A DNA stretch of 64,000 bases from Terracidiphilus sp. GTDB lineage: Bacteria > Acidobacteriota > Terriglobia > Terriglobales > Acidobacteriaceae. The notes beneath the pieces were generated by a model that saw only the letters and a list, made by a program, of their open reading frames with translations, did not search any database and was not told where the DNA came from. The stretch spans positions 15,144 to 79,143 of the forward strand of contig DATJNF010000052.1 in NCBI GenBank assembly GCA_035508375.1. Direction: 5' to 3'. The translations under genes and the position numbers were made by a program. Shown here piece after piece: positions 1-10,106 of the stretch (its first letter is position 1; the number at the start of each line of letters is the position of its first letter).

Positions 1-1745
1 CCAGCCAGCAGCATGATGATGCGGTCGAGGCCGAGTGCAATGCCGCCGTGGGGAGGAGTGCCGTACTCCAGCGCGTCGAGAAAGAATCCGAAGCGCTTGC
101 GTGCCTCCTCGTCGCTGATGCCAAGCGAGGCAAAGATCTGCTGCTGCACATCCTTGCGGTGAATGCGGATCGAGCCGGAGCCCAACTCGAGGCCGTTCAT
201 CGCCAGGTCGTAGCAGTCGGCGCGGACAGAGGCTGGGTCGCTGACCAGGCTGGCCATGTCGGCCTCATAGGGGGCGGTGAAGGGATGATGCGCCGGCACC
301 CATTTTCCTGCGGCCAGCTCGTATTCGAACATCGGAAAGTCGACGATCCAGATGGGATGGAAGGCCTTGGAGCCATCGATTGCATCGGCAGCTCCGTGCG
401 CGTGCGCCGCTTCGACGGTCTCTTCGGTGACTTTGAAAGCGCCGTGCCGGTCGGCGTACTTCTTCGCCAACTCGGTGCGGAAGTTGCCCGCGGCCGCGTA
501 GACGTTGATCTCGCGCTCTGAGAGCCGTCCCTCAAATTTGGTGTCGCTGGCCTTGATGTGGTGCGCGGGGTCGCCGGCAACGATGATGACGAAGTCCGCA
601 TCAGCAGCACCCGCAAGCTCACGCACCTTCGCCGCAGCTTCCGGGAAGCTCTTCGCGAGGCGCTTGAAATCATCGATGAACTTCGCGCCTTTCTTCTGGT
701 CGAAGAGCGGATGGTTGTCTTCGCGCTCCTTGCGGCTCAGTTCGCCGACATTCGGTATGCGGAAGGCGACGACCGGCAGCGCGGGATCGATCTGAAGCGT
801 GGCCAGGTTGTCGTCGGCAAATGCAGAGCGCACGTCGGTGAGTCCGGGCAGGCGCAGGTCGGGCTTGTCGGTGCCGTACTGGCGCATCGACTCGTCGTAG
901 GTGATGCGAGGGAAGGGCGTGGGCAGCGTGACGCCGGCTGCCGCGAACCCTGCGGCCAGGAACTTTTCCACCACCGCGAAGACGGCCTCGCGCCGTGGGA
1001 AGCTCATCTCCAGATCGACCTGCGTGAACTCAAGCTGCCGGTCGGCGCGCAGGTCCTCATCGCGGAAGCAGCGGGCGATCTGAAAGTAGCGGTCGAAGCC
1101 GGAGATCATCAGGATCTGCTTGAAGATCTGCGGAGACTGCGGCAGCGCGTAGAATTCGCCGGCGTGGACGCGGCTGGGCACGAGAAAATCACGCGCGCCC
1201 TCGGGCGTGGACTTGGTGAGGATCGGCGTTTCGATCTCGAGAAATCCCTGCTGGCTCAGGTTGTCGCGAATGGCCAGCGTTATCTCATGGCGCAGCTTGA
1301 AATTGCGCTGCATCTCGGCGCGGCGCAGATCGACGTAGCGGTACTTGAGCCGGACTTCTTCGTCCTTGATGGCTTCCTCGGCCGGAGAAAACGGCGCGAG
1401 GCGCGTGTCATTCAGAACGCGCAGCTCGGTGGCCTCGATTTCGACCTCGCCCGTATCCATCTTGGGATTGATGGCGTCCTTGGCGCGCAGCCGCACCTTG
1501 CCGACGGCCGCGACGACGTACTCAGGCCGGACCTGCTCGCCCTTCGCATGGCCCTCGGGCGTAATCTCCTTGTCGAGCACGATCTGGCAGATGCCCGAGC
1601 GGTCGCGCAGGTCGAGGAAGATCAGGTTGCCGTGATCGCGCCGCCGGTTCACCCAGCCCATCATGACGACGTGTTTGCCGGCATCCGCAGCACGCAGCGT
1701 GCCGCAGAGATGCGTCCGTTCGAGGTTCCCTAAAAAATCGAGCAC
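1..1745 (-). CDS. aspS: Aspartate--tRNA ligase, probably non-discriminating (Asp/Asn); C-terminus runs off the window
   Basis: My translation from GTG at 1745 gives (M)[50 protein letters not shown], and later HHPFT and [12 protein letters not shown]. It lies downstream of hisS. It is missing from the ORF track because no stop codon falls in the window. RRDHG (His) is typical of ND-AspRS. Confidence 0.95.
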   Translation of the reverse strand, partial: MLDFLGNLERTHLCGTLRAADAGKHVVMMGWVNRRRDHGNLIFLDLRDRSGICQIVLDKEITPEGHAKGEQVRPEYVVAAVGKVRLRAKDAINPKMDTGEVEIEATELRVLNDTRLAPFSPAEEAIKDEEVRLKYRYVDLRRAEMQRNFKLRHEITLAIRDNLSQQGFLEIETPILTKSTPEGARDFLVPSRVHAGEFYALPQSPQIFKQILMISGFDRYFQIARCFRDEDLRADRQLEFTQVDLEMSFPRREAVFAVVEKFLAAGFAAAGVTLPTPFPRITYDESMRQYGTDKPDLRLPGLTDVRSAFADDNLATLQIDPALPVVAFRIPNVGELSRKEREDNHPLFDQKKGAKFIDDFKRLAKSFPEAAAKVRELAGAADADFVIIVAGDPAHHIKASDTKFEGRLSEREINVYAAAGNFRTELAKKYADRHGAFKVTEETVEAAHAHGAADAIDGSKAFHPIWIVDFPMFEYELAAGKWVPAHHPFTAPYEADMASLVSDPASVRADCYDLAMNGLELGSGSIRIHRKDVQQQIFASLGISDEEARKRFGFFLDALEYGTPPHGGIALGLDRIIMLLA

Positions 1746-1788
1746 AACCCTACCCTTTCACTCTTAACTCGACCCGCCATAGACCTAG

Positions 1789-1824
1789 GCTTTCCCAGGT
1801 CTCGATTTTGAGACCTGGGAAAGC
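1789..1824. repeat. Perfect 15-bp inverted repeat (REP-like palindrome) in the hisS-aspS gap
   Basis: GCTTTCCCAGGTCTC-gatttt-GAGACCTGGGAAAGC, with no U-tract. Confidence 0.75.
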
Positions 1825-1846
1825 ACGAACCCGAGATGGCTTGTAC

Positions 1847-3130
1847 TCACTGTTTGAGGAAGTTAACCAGTTCCGCGCGCGGCACTTTGCTCTGCACGCC
1901 GGTGGCGAAATCCTTCACCGTCAGCATACCGGACTGGACCTCATCTTCGCCCAGGATGACGATGCGCCGAGCAATCTTGTCTCCCGTCTCAAAGGACTTC
2001 TTCAACCGGAAGCTGCCATCGCCGAGTTCGACACGAATTCCCGCGCGCCGCAACTCGCGTGCCAAGGCCAAGGCAGCCGGATTCACGCTTTCGCCCAGAG
2101 GCGCGATATACGCGTCCACCTGCGGTGGGGCAGCATTTTGGTCGAGAGCCTGCAAAGTCAGGACGAGCCTGTCCTCACCCATCGCGAAGCCGATGCCCGG
2201 CGCCTTCGGGCCGCCGATAGCCTCGCTCAGCCCGTCGTAGCGCCCGCCGCCCAGAATCGCATTCTGCGCGCCCAGACCGCCGTGCGTGAATTCGAAGGCC
2301 GTGCGCGTGTAGTAATCGAGCCCGCGCACCAACCGGGGATTGCGCGTATAGGGCACGCCGGCCGCATCGAGGGCCGCGAGCACTGCGGCAAAGTGTGCGC
2401 GCGAGGCATCGTCCAGCGAGTCGGCAATCACCGGCAGCGTAGCTATGATCGGCTGGTCCTCGGGCACCTTGCAGTCGAGCACGCGCAGCGGATTGGTGAC
2501 CGCGCGCCGCTGGCAGTCTTCGCACATCTGGCCAACGACCGGAACCAGTGCCGCCCGCAGCGTCTCGTTGTAGCGCGCGCGGTCGGCGGACGAGCCGACC
2601 GAGTTCAGCTCCAGCGTCCATCCTGTGATGCCCAGCTCGTCCAGAAGGGTCGCCAGCATTTCTAATACTTCGGCGTCTCTTAACGGGCTTTCGCTCCCCG
2701 CGGACGGCGGTCCGATCACTTCGGCACCGATCTGGAAGAACTGCCGGTAACGGCCCTTCTGCGGCCGCTCGCGCCGGAACTGCGGCCCGATATAGTAGAG
2801 CTTCTGCAGCTGCCCCGTCTCACCCAGCTTGTGCTCGATGTAGGCGCGGACCACGCCGGCTGTGTTTTCAGGCCGCAGCGTGAGCGACTGCGCCTTCTCC
2901 GACTGCGCGCGCGCGCGGTCCTCCCAGGTGTACATCTCCTTCGAGACGATATCCGTCTCTTCGCCCACCCCGCGGGCAAAGAGGGAGGTGTCTTCAAAGA
3001 TGGGCGTGCGAATCTCGCCGAAGTTGTAGCGGGCAAAGACGGCGCGGGCCGTCGCCTCGATCCGGTTCCAAAGTGCCGTCTCCGGCGGCAGAAGATCGCG
3101 CGTCCCGCGCACGGCTTTCAAAGTGGCCAT
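1847..3130 (-). CDS. hisS: Histidine--tRNA ligase
   Basis: Motifs RGTRD, LRPENTA, FRRERPQKGRYRQF, RGLDYY and GGGRYDGL. Confidence 0.97.
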   Translation of the reverse strand: MATLKAVRGTRDLLPPETALWNRIEATARAVFARYNFGEIRTPIFEDTSLFARGVGEETDIVSKEMYTWEDRARAQSEKAQSLTLRPENTAGVVRAYIEHKLGETGQLQKLYYIGPQFRRERPQKGRYRQFFQIGAEVIGPPSAGSESPLRDAEVLEMLATLLDELGITGWTLELNSVGSSADRARYNETLRAALVPVVGQMCEDCQRRAVTNPLRVLDCKVPEDQPIIATLPVIADSLDDASRAHFAAVLAALDAAGVPYTRNPRLVRGLDYYTRTAFEFTHGGLGAQNAILGGGRYDGLSEAIGGPKAPGIGFAMGEDRLVLTLQALDQNAAPPQVDAYIAPLGESVNPAALALARELRRAGIRVELGDGSFRLKKSFETGDKIARRIVILGEDEVQSGMLTVKDFATGVQSKVPRAELVNFLKQ

Positions 3131-3178
3131 AACCTTTCAGTCTAAATGGGAGAGACAATGGAACCCACGATTCGGTTC

Positions 3179-3514
3179 TTACATTGCCGCTTCTTCCTCG
3201 CCGAGAATTGAGTCGATATCGCGAGCACCATGGAGAACCTCGATAATGTGAATGGTGCTCTCAGCTTTGTCGTATCGATAGAAAACCATGTGTTTCGGAA
3301 AATTGGGGACGAGAACCCAACGTATTTCGGCCAGAGACGGACATCGAAATCGGCAAGGCGAGCCGATCTCCGGCAACTTCAGGAGTGAACGCACAGCTTC
3401 GTTAATCGCAGACTCCCATTTGAGAGCGAGCGGGGAACCCGCTTGCTCCCTGTAGTAATCAGCCTGCTCGACGATTGACAGAGCAGCGGCCTCGTGGACG
3501 CGCAGTTTGATCAA
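3179..3514 (-). CDS. RelE/ParE-family type II toxin
   Basis: 111 aa with a C-terminal IIEVLHGARDI motif; 4-nt overlap with the upstream antitoxin. Confidence 0.85.
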   Translation of the reverse strand: MIKLRVHEAAALSIVEQADYYREQAGSPLALKWESAINEAVRSLLKLPEIGSPCRFRCPSLAEIRWVLVPNFPKHMVFYRYDKAESTIHIIEVLHGARDIDSILGEEEAAM

Positions 3515-3762
3515 GGCCGCCCGAGCTTCTCCCGTAGAACTGACACGAGTGAGCGATCTTTCAGCTCTTCGGGCGAAATCGCAATTTGTCCGCTCTGGAG
3601 GGCATCAAGCAGTTCCTGCTCAATCCGGGCTCGCCGGTGCTCCTTGTCCTGGCGGATCAGGCTGCGGACGAACTCACTTGGCGTGCCGAAATCACCCGAG
3701 GCAACACGCTCCTCCACGTAGGCTTTTAGCGGATCGGGAAGCGAAATGTTCAGAGATGTCAT
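3511..3762 (-). CDS. ParD-like ribbon-helix-helix antitoxin (alternative start 3774)
   Basis: MTSLNISLPDPLKAYVEERVASGDFGTPSEFVRSLIR is a typical ParD-type RHH N-terminus. Confidence 0.85.
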   Translation of the reverse strand: MTSLNISLPDPLKAYVEERVASGDFGTPSEFVRSLIRQDKEHRRARIEQELLDALQSGQIAISPEELKDRSLVSVLREKLGRP

Positions 3763-3783
3763 ACTCAGTGTCATATTATGACA
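3757..3783. promoter_or_regulatory. Putative autoregulatory operator of the ParDE-like pair
   Basis: Palindrome TGTCATA-T-TATGACA at 3769-3783, plus a third TGTCATA half-site at 3757-3763 overlapping the start codon. Confidence 0.65.
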
Positions 3784-3831
3784 GATTTTGCCATCCTCGT
3801 GATCCAGCCGCGAAGAGACAAGAGTTAGCGG

Positions 3832-4584
3832 TCAGCCGACGATGGCACGGGAGATATGAATCCACCACGCCGGGCCGATGCGCGACAGGTAGATCACGAA
3901 CAACTGCGCCACCAGGTACGCCGGCAGGCCAACCCGGTACACATTATGGACGCGCCGGTTCACCAGAAGGTCGCGGAGAACGCCAAGAAGGATCAGCAGG
4001 TCAGCGCCCAAATATTGCAGACTGTACTGGCGCAAAAAGGCATGATCGATGCGTGCAAACGCGGCCACCAGCAACGCGCAAGTGGCAAAGAAGATCAGCC
4101 GACGATGCGGCTCGGGCTTTTTGCGCCACCATACGGCAAGGGCAATACAGACGGCGAATACACTGATGTCGAAGAATGGAATGGCGAGAAAAGCGTACCT
4201 GCGGGGCTCATGCAGCTGATAGGTCTCAAAATGGACCATCAGGATGCCCGTGGCAAAGCCGAGCGGAATCATGACAGCCGCAAGGCCAGCGCCATACCAG
4301 CCGATCAATCGATGCCATGTGACATTACGCGTGCGTACAAGCGCGGACTGAAGGATGAGGAGCACGATCCACGCCGAGAAAACGGCGCCGTGGTACCAGA
4401 GGATCGTTGGCGGCGCCACCGTGGGATGGAGCAGTTTTTCCCCGACTGTGGGGCCGAAGCCGGCTATGACGACGCCGGCAGCAACGAGCGACATCGCAAG
4501 GTAGAAATACCGGTCGACCAGGCCGTTGCGGCCGGCGATGCGACGAGCGCTGCCTGCAACCGCAGCTTGAGACACAGACGTCAT
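3832..4584 (-). CDS. Hypothetical polytopic membrane protein
   Basis: About 7 hydrophobic segments with His residues (WYHG, WHRLIG, HRRLI). Start moved to ATG 4584 after a GGAGG SD. Confidence 0.7.
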   Translation of the reverse strand: MTSVSQAAVAGSARRIAGRNGLVDRYFYLAMSLVAAGVVIAGFGPTVGEKLLHPTVAPPTILWYHGAVFSAWIVLLILQSALVRTRNVTWHRLIGWYGAGLAAVMIPLGFATGILMVHFETYQLHEPRRYAFLAIPFFDISVFAVCIALAVWWRKKPEPHRRLIFFATCALLVAAFARIDHAFLRQYSLQYLGADLLILLGVLRDLLVNRRVHNVYRVGLPAYLVAQLFVIYLSRIGPAWWIHISRAIVG

Positions 4585-4814
4585 CGGTGAAACCTCCGGG
4601 GCTACCGCGCAACGCCAGAGACGCGGTTCGAACTCGGTGGGGGAAGTACGCCGAGTGTAGCACCGCGGGAATGCGGATCTCAACGGATAGCGGAAGAAGG
4701 CAGGCCGCCGCTTTGAGAGCTGTTCGTCTGTGCAAATAACCATCATCTGAGACGGTGGGGCTGATCTTCACCGAGACACTGCATCCGGCCGCATAGCGTA
4801 GCATCGAAGCAGCC

Positions 4815-5843
4815 ATGGAATATCGCATTCTTGGAGGCTCCGGCCTCAAAGTTCCTGTTCTCAGTTTTGGCGCCGGCACGTTTGGCGGCGGCGTGGAGTT
4901 TTTTGACGCCTGGGGAGCCACGGCCGACGTCGCCGAGGCGCGGCGCATCGTCGACATCTGCCTCGAAGCCGGCGTTACACTCTTCGACACGGCCGATGTC
5001 TATTCGAACGGCCGCTCGGAAGAGGTTCTCGGCAAGGCCCTCGAAGGCCGGCGGGATAAGGCGCTGATCTCCACCAAGGCCACGTTCCGGCTCGGCGATG
5101 GGCCTAATGACGTGGGCTCATCGCGCTACCATCTGCGGAAATCCCTCGAAGGCAGCCTGCGGCGCCTCGGCACCGATTACGTCGACATCTACCACCTGCA
5201 CGGGTTCGACGCGCTCACGCCGATCGAAGAGGTGCAGGACACCCTGAACACCTTCGTCCGCGAAGGCAGGGTGCGCTACATTGCGTGCTCCAACTTCTCC
5301 GGCTGGCACCTGATGAAGTCTCTCGCGGTCGCCGACCGTTACGGCTGGACGCGCTATGCCGCCCACCAGGTCTACTATTCGCTCGTAGGCCGCGACTACG
5401 AGTGGGAGCTGATGCCACTGGCACTCGACCAGAAAGTCGGCGCGCTCGTCTGGAGCCCGCTGGGCTGGGGACGCCTCACCGGCAAACTGCGCCGCGGCAA
5501 GCCGGTGCCGGAGGTCAGCCGCCTGCACAAAACCGCGGACATGGGGCCGAAGGTGCCCGATGAGCACCTCTACAAGGTCGTTGACGCACTGGATGCCGTG
5601 GCTGCTGAAACCGGCAAGACCGTTCCGCAGATCGCGCTGAACTGGCTGCTGCAGCGGCCGACTGTCTCCTCATTGATCATTGGCGCGCGCAACGAAGAGC
5701 AGCTGCGGCAAAATCTGGGCGCTGTGGGATGGAATCTGACCGCAGAACAGATCGCCGCGCTCGACAAGGCCAGCCAAGTACAGGCCGCCTATCCCTACTG
5801 GCACCAGAAGCAATTCCCGGAACGCAATCCCTGGCCCGTATAA
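4815..5843 (+). CDS. Aldo/keto reductase
   Basis: Motifs FDTADVY, ISTK, SLRRLGTDYVDIYHLH and WSPLGWG. Confidence 0.92.
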   Translation: MEYRILGGSGLKVPVLSFGAGTFGGGVEFFDAWGATADVAEARRIVDICLEAGVTLFDTADVYSNGRSEEVLGKALEGRRDKALISTKATFRLGDGPNDVGSSRYHLRKSLEGSLRRLGTDYVDIYHLHGFDALTPIEEVQDTLNTFVREGRVRYIACSNFSGWHLMKSLAVADRYGWTRYAAHQVYYSLVGRDYEWELMPLALDQKVGALVWSPLGWGRLTGKLRRGKPVPEVSRLHKTADMGPKVPDEHLYKVVDALDAVAAETGKTVPQIALNWLLQRPTVSSLIIGARNEEQLRQNLGAVGWNLTAEQIAALDKASQVQAAYPYWHQKQFPERNPWPV

Positions 5844-5885
5844 GAACAGAGATCAGGGCTCAGGTTTCGGGGATCGGCGTTCAGG
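5844..5885 (+). repeat. Degenerate tandem heptamer array (6 units)
   Basis: gaacaga gatcagg gctcagg tttcggg gatcggc gttcagg, directly after the AKR stop codon. Confidence 0.55.
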
Positions 5886-5913
5886 CATGGAGACACCCCC
5901 ATTGCATCAGCGC

Positions 5914-6753
5914 TCAGTCCGCGCGCCGATGGTGATGCTCCACATACCGGCCGATCATCCAGCCCACGGCGCTGCCTACCAGCACGTCCGAAGGAAAGTG
6001 CTGCCGCCCGACCACTCGCGTCACACTGACACCGGTCGCCAGGCCGTAAGCAGCCAGCTTGGTCAAGGGTCCGTTGTATTCCGAAGCGATTACTGCGGCC
6101 GAAGACCATGCCACCATGCAGTGCGTGGAAGGGAACGAAGAGTTGGTCCCGACGCTGGTTTGGAAAAACTTGCCCCGCGCGCCGTCCAGCTGCGGCCGTT
6201 CGCGCAGCGACACCAGCTTGAGCACTTCGTCCACGGCCAGGCTATCGACCATGGCTTCACCGCCAAGAATGCCCGTCTCGGTCGCGTGATCGTCCTGGTG
6301 GATGTGCCCCACACCATAGATGATCACGGGCGCGGCGACAAATCCGCCCAGCAGCCCGTTGGAAGCTGTGATTGCATGGTTGTTGAGCGACGTATCCAGA
6401 AAATGTTTCGACATCACATCGTGATCGGTTGTAATCAACCCCGCCGTGGCAAGCACCAATAGTGCTGGACCCACAGCGTTGCCGTCGTTCAGCCGTGCGG
6501 GGCTCGTCCAGATCGCCGCCTGGTCTTCGAGAATGCGCTTCGGCGTGCTCCGCACAGTCACCGGATCGGCCGACGGATCGTGCAGCTGCGGCAGATTCTG
6601 AGGCTGTGGTGCTTCCGGAATCGCGCCATTCGGAGTTTGGGCATGAGCGCTGCAGGCAAAGAAAGACGTAAGGAACAGAATTAGGCCGGGAAGGAGTAAG
6701 CCCTGAAGGAGCTTCTTCTCTTTGTCGTGTCTCACAAATCCATTAGACTCCAC
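5914..6753 (-). CDS. PAP2-family phosphatase
   Basis: Three PAP2 motifs: K..RERP, SFPSTH and TRVVGRQHFPSDV. Confidence 0.85.
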   Translation of the reverse strand: MESNGFVRHDKEKKLLQGLLLPGLILFLTSFFACSAHAQTPNGAIPEAPQPQNLPQLHDPSADPVTVRSTPKRILEDQAAIWTSPARLNDGNAVGPALLVLATAGLITTDHDVMSKHFLDTSLNNHAITASNGLLGGFVAAPVIIYGVGHIHQDDHATETGILGGEAMVDSLAVDEVLKLVSLRERPQLDGARGKFFQTSVGTNSSFPSTHCMVAWSSAAVIASEYNGPLTKLAAYGLATGVSVTRVVGRQHFPSDVLVGSAVGWMIGRYVEHHHRRAD

Positions 6754-6786
6754 GCGAGCCGGGAAGGGGCAGAGATGAACGAAATG

Positions 6787-7317
6787 TTATCTCCGGATCA
6801 GGCCTTCCGTTTCAGCAAGATAAAACCCCACGTAATCCAGATAGTTCTGTGCATACTCAAGAATCAGTTCACGGTCCTTGTCGGTGAGTTCGCGGCGTTG
6901 TTTGGCGGGCACGCCCGCCCATAACGTGCGAGACGGCACCACCGTGTGCTCCGGCACTACTGACCCAGCGGCGATGATGGAGCCGCTGCCGATCCTCGCA
7001 TCGTTCAACACGCGCGCGCCAATGCCGATCAGGCACTCGTCCTCCACCACGCAACCGTGCACCGTGGCGTTGTGGCCAATCGTCACCCAGTCGCCCACGG
7101 TAACGGAATAAAGGTTCCGCTGGCCATGCAGCACGGCGCAGTCCTGCACGTTCGAGCAGGAGCCCACCCGAATCGAGTTCACATCGCCGCGAAGCACCGC
7201 ATTCATCCACACCGACGATCGCTCGCCGATCACCACGTCACCCAGAATCTGGGCAGACGGATCGATATAACAACTTGAAGCAATTTGGGGCAGCTTACCT
7301 TGATAACTGCGGATCAT
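6787..7317 (-). CDS. Gamma carbonic anhydrase-family (hexapeptide repeat) protein
   Basis: Motifs VLRGDVN, NVQD..VLH and IGHNATVHGC. Confidence 0.9.
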   Translation of the reverse strand: MIRSYQGKLPQIASSCYIDPSAQILGDVVIGERSSVWMNAVLRGDVNSIRVGSCSNVQDCAVLHGQRNLYSVTVGDWVTIGHNATVHGCVVEDECLIGIGARVLNDARIGSGSIIAAGSVVPEHTVVPSRTLWAGVPAKQRRELTDKDRELILEYAQNYLDYVGFYLAETEGLIRR

Positions 7318-7523
7318 TGGAATCCTCTCAACAGAGTGTAAGCGAACGTGGAGTAATCAACCGACCGGGACCGCCGGGCCAATCTCAATTCGTCGAAAGG
7401 TACGACCAAGGACAAATTTTCCTCGATTAGACCTAGGGTAGTTCCTAGTCGCAAGTGGAGTTTACCCAAAAACTCCAGTATGATGATGTAAGGCCTTCCA
7501 GGCAGGTTCGGAGGTGGATTCAT

Positions 7524-7721
7524 TTGGCGGAGGTTCGCGTTCAAGATGGCGAGCCGCTCGAGAATGCGCTGCGCCGGTTCAAGCGCAAGGTACAGCAGGA
7601 GGACATCATCAAGGAAGTAAAGCGTCACTCCTACTACCTGAAGCCCGGTGAGAAGCGTCGCGTCAAAGCAGCATTGGCGCGCAAGCGGAACCGTAAGAAG
7701 GCTCGTAAGGAACAGGATTAA
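7524..7721 (+). CDS. rpsU: 30S ribosomal protein S21
   Basis: TTG start after GGAGGT; AEVRVQDGEPLENALRRFKRKV...YLKPGEKRR. Confidence 0.95.
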   Translation: MAEVRVQDGEPLENALRRFKRKVQQEDIIKEVKRHSYYLKPGEKRRVKAALARKRNRKKARKEQD

Positions 7722-7755
7722 GAACTTTCTTATCCTGCAAAACACATCGACCCAG

Positions 7756-7779
7756 GCGGCTTCCGGTTCCGGAGGCCGC
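7756..7779 (+). terminator. GC hairpin after rpsU, possible terminator
   Basis: GCGGCTTCCG-gttc-CGGAGGCCGC with only a weak U-tail. Confidence 0.4.
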
Positions 7780-7997
7780 TTATAGATAGTTGGATGGGCG
7801 ATGACAGTATTTGGCTTGTGCGCTCTATTCCCCGAGCGGTTATCCCAGCAGCATGGGGTTGAAACTAGACTGCCGCGTCTTTTTGATGCGGTCCGGGCCC
7901 TTGTTGTGCACTACGAACGGAAACAGGGAACCGCGACCGGCACGCCCCCGCATCATGGCCGATTTCGGTGCTCGTCCCTGTTTTGGGGATACCGGCC

Positions 7998-8309
7998 ATG
8001 GAATTCACCGATCGAGTATTGAAATGCAGCGACTGCGGCGCCGAGTTTGTCTTTACGGCGGGCGAGCAAGTTTTCTTTCACGATAAACAATTCAAAAACG
8101 ACCCCAAGCACTGCAAGCAGTGCAAAGCGAAGCGCGCCCGCGGATCGCAGCGGGTTCGGCCCGAAACCCGAACTACATGCTCCGAGTGCGGCGTGGAGAC
8201 GACGGTACCTTTTAAGCCGACGCAAGGCCGGCCTGTGCTCTGTCGATCCTGCTTCCAGAAGCAGGGCAGGGCTCAAGCCGCCCCTAATGCTACCGCAGCG
8301 CAAGACTGA
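7998..8309 (+). CDS. Zinc-ribbon protein with CxxC-x17-CxxC domain
   Basis: CSDC..FVFTAGEQ..PKHCKQC followed by CSECG..VPFKP..RPVLCRSC. Confidence 0.88.
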   Translation: MEFTDRVLKCSDCGAEFVFTAGEQVFFHDKQFKNDPKHCKQCKAKRARGSQRVRPETRTTCSECGVETTVPFKPTQGRPVLCRSCFQKQGRAQAAPNATAAQD

Positions 8310-8784
8310 GTAGCAGATCGCCGCGGACCGTCACCGGATAACCGGCCACTCTCACCAGTGTGGCTAATTGTGCGTAATGTCTCTGGTTGTGCAGCAGCGA
8401 ATGGCACGCGACTTTGCGACGGGAGATGTGCCGCTTCTCCGGCGGTAGCCAATCGAACTTCAGCTCGTAAAACTCCTCCCAGCGCGCGGCCGGTTCGGCC
8501 AGCAACTCGCGATAGAGCGTTATGGCCTTCACGTGCATTGCGAACAGCGCATCCAGCGGACCGGCAGGATATTCCGTGTTGGGCAAGCCAGCCAGCCGTT
8601 CGCTCCAGCGCAACTCCGCGCCCCAGATGTGCCGCACCAGAGCCTGTACGTCCGCCGAGTCGTTGATGCCGCACGGCAGCTCCAGCACTGCCGGATGCGT
8701 CTCGAAATGGCGCTTCCAGTCCTGCGCCGCCTCGTCGCTCCAGGCCAGCAGTTCGTTCAGCGTAATACCCACATCTGAGCCCAT
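8290..8784 (-). CDS. DinB-family protein
   Basis: His motifs HIWGAELRW and HNQRHYAQL. Confidence 0.8.
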   Translation of the reverse strand: MGSDVGITLNELLAWSDEAAQDWKRHFETHPAVLELPCGINDSADVQALVRHIWGAELRWSERLAGLPNTEYPAGPLDALFAMHVKAITLYRELLAEPAARWEEFYELKFDWLPPEKRHISRRKVACHSLLHNQRHYAQLATLVRVAGYPVTVRGDLLLSLALR

Positions 8785-8825
8785 GCGTCTTCCTTTGCGG
8801 TTGAACTCCAGCAGCGGGCTTCCGG

Positions 8826-10106
8826 CTATTTGCGCATAGTCTTCAGCGCCCTATGCCCGATATCTCTGCGGTAGTACATGCCTTCGAAGTCAATCTCGGC
8901 CAGCGCCTGATACGCTCGCGCCAGCGATTCCTCCAGCGACGCGGCGGCTGCCGTCACGCCCAAAACGCGACCGCCCGCTGTGAGCAGTTGCGGCCCCACC
9001 TGCGCTGACCCGGCGTGAAACACCTGCACGCCCGGAACCTGGGCAGCAGCACCGAGCCCGCGCATCACAACACCGCTCTTGTAAGCGCCGGGGTATCCCG
9101 CGGAGCTGGCTACGACACAGACGGATGCGCCGAGCGCCCAGTGCAGCTCGGTTTCGCGGAGCCGTCCATCGATGCACGCTTCGAGCGTCTCCACCAGATC
9201 GCTGTCCAGCCGCGGCAGAATCGCCTGCGTCTCCGGATCTCCGAAGCGCACGTTGAATTCGAGCACCTGCGGCCCGCGCGCCGTCATCATCAGTCCGCAG
9301 TACAGCACTCCGACAAACGGCATGTCTTCCTCGGCCATGCCGCGCACCGTGGGTTCGGCAATGTGCCGCAGGATCCACTCGCTCATCGCCGGAGCGAGCA
9401 GATCGTCGGCCGTATAGGCACCCATGCCGCCAGTGTTCGGGCCGGTATCGCCCTCGCCGATGCGCTTATGATCCTGCGCCGGCAGCAGAGGCACGACGTG
9501 CGTTCCGTCGCTCAGGCACAGAAAGCTGATCTCATCGCCCTCGAGAAACTCCTCAATCACCACCTGCCGCTCGGCTTCGCCCAGCAACTCGCCGGAAAAC
9601 AAGCCTTGCGCAGCCTCAAGCGCAGTTTGCCGTGAACTGCAGATGATGACTCCCTTGCCTGCCGCCAGCCCGTCAGCCTTTACGACGATCGGAGGATGGA
9701 AGACCTCGATCGCCTTGTGGAGTTCGGCTGCCGTCGCGCAGACGGCGTATTTGGCTGTAGGGATATTGTGGCGCTGCAGGAACCGTTTCGCGAAGCCCTT
9801 GCTCGTCTCGAGCATAGCCGCACCGCGCGTAGGCCCGAAGACGCGCAGCCCGCGCTCCCTGAGCGCGTCCACGATGCCCAGCGAAAGCGGCAGCTCCGGC
9901 CCTACGATCGTCAGCCCAGGCTGCTCCGCCTCGGCCAACCGTACCATGGCGTCCAGATCCTTCAGGTTTACCGGAACGCAGCGTGCGCTTTGCGCGATGC
10001 CGCCATTACCGGGCGCGCACACCACCTCCGTAACGCGCCCGCTGCGCGCCACAGCCCACGCCAGCGCATGCTCGCGCCCTCCGGAACCAAGGATCAATAC
10101 CTTCAT
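8826..10106 (-). CDS. purD: Phosphoribosylamine--glycine ligase
   Basis: Motifs GSGGREHALA, KADGLAAGKGV, QDHKR..GPNTGGMGAY and EFNVRFGDPE. Confidence 0.97.
   Translation of the reverse strand: MKVLILGSGGREHALAWAVARSGRVTEVVCAPGNGGIAQSARCVPVNLKDLDAMVRLAEAEQPGLTIVGPELPLSLGIVDALRERGLRVFGPTRGAAMLETSKGFAKRFLQRHNIPTAKYAVCATAAELHKAIEVFHPPIVVKADGLAAGKGVIICSSRQTALEAAQGLFSGELLGEAERQVVIEEFLEGDEISFLCLSDGTHVVPLLPAQDHKRIGEGDTGPNTGGMGAYTADDLLAPAMSEWILRHIAEPTVRGMAEEDMPFVGVLYCGLMMTARGPQVLEFNVRFGDPETQAILPRLDSDLVETLEACIDGRLRETELHWALGASVCVVASSAGYPGAYKSGVVMRGLGAAAQVPGVQVFHAGSAQVGPQLLTAGGRVLGVTAAAASLEESLARAYQALAEIDFEGMYYRRDIGHRALKTMRK

Noticed and set aside
48-1733. Plus-strand ORFs of 157 and 391 aa
   Set aside because: Antisense shadows of aspS, which is absent from the ORF track only because it runs off the window.
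7939-7952. GGCAC...GC sigma54-like motif; similar ones near 19330-19345 and on the plus strand at 56123-56141
   Set aside because: GG-to-GC spacing is 9 or 13 nt rather than the required 10.
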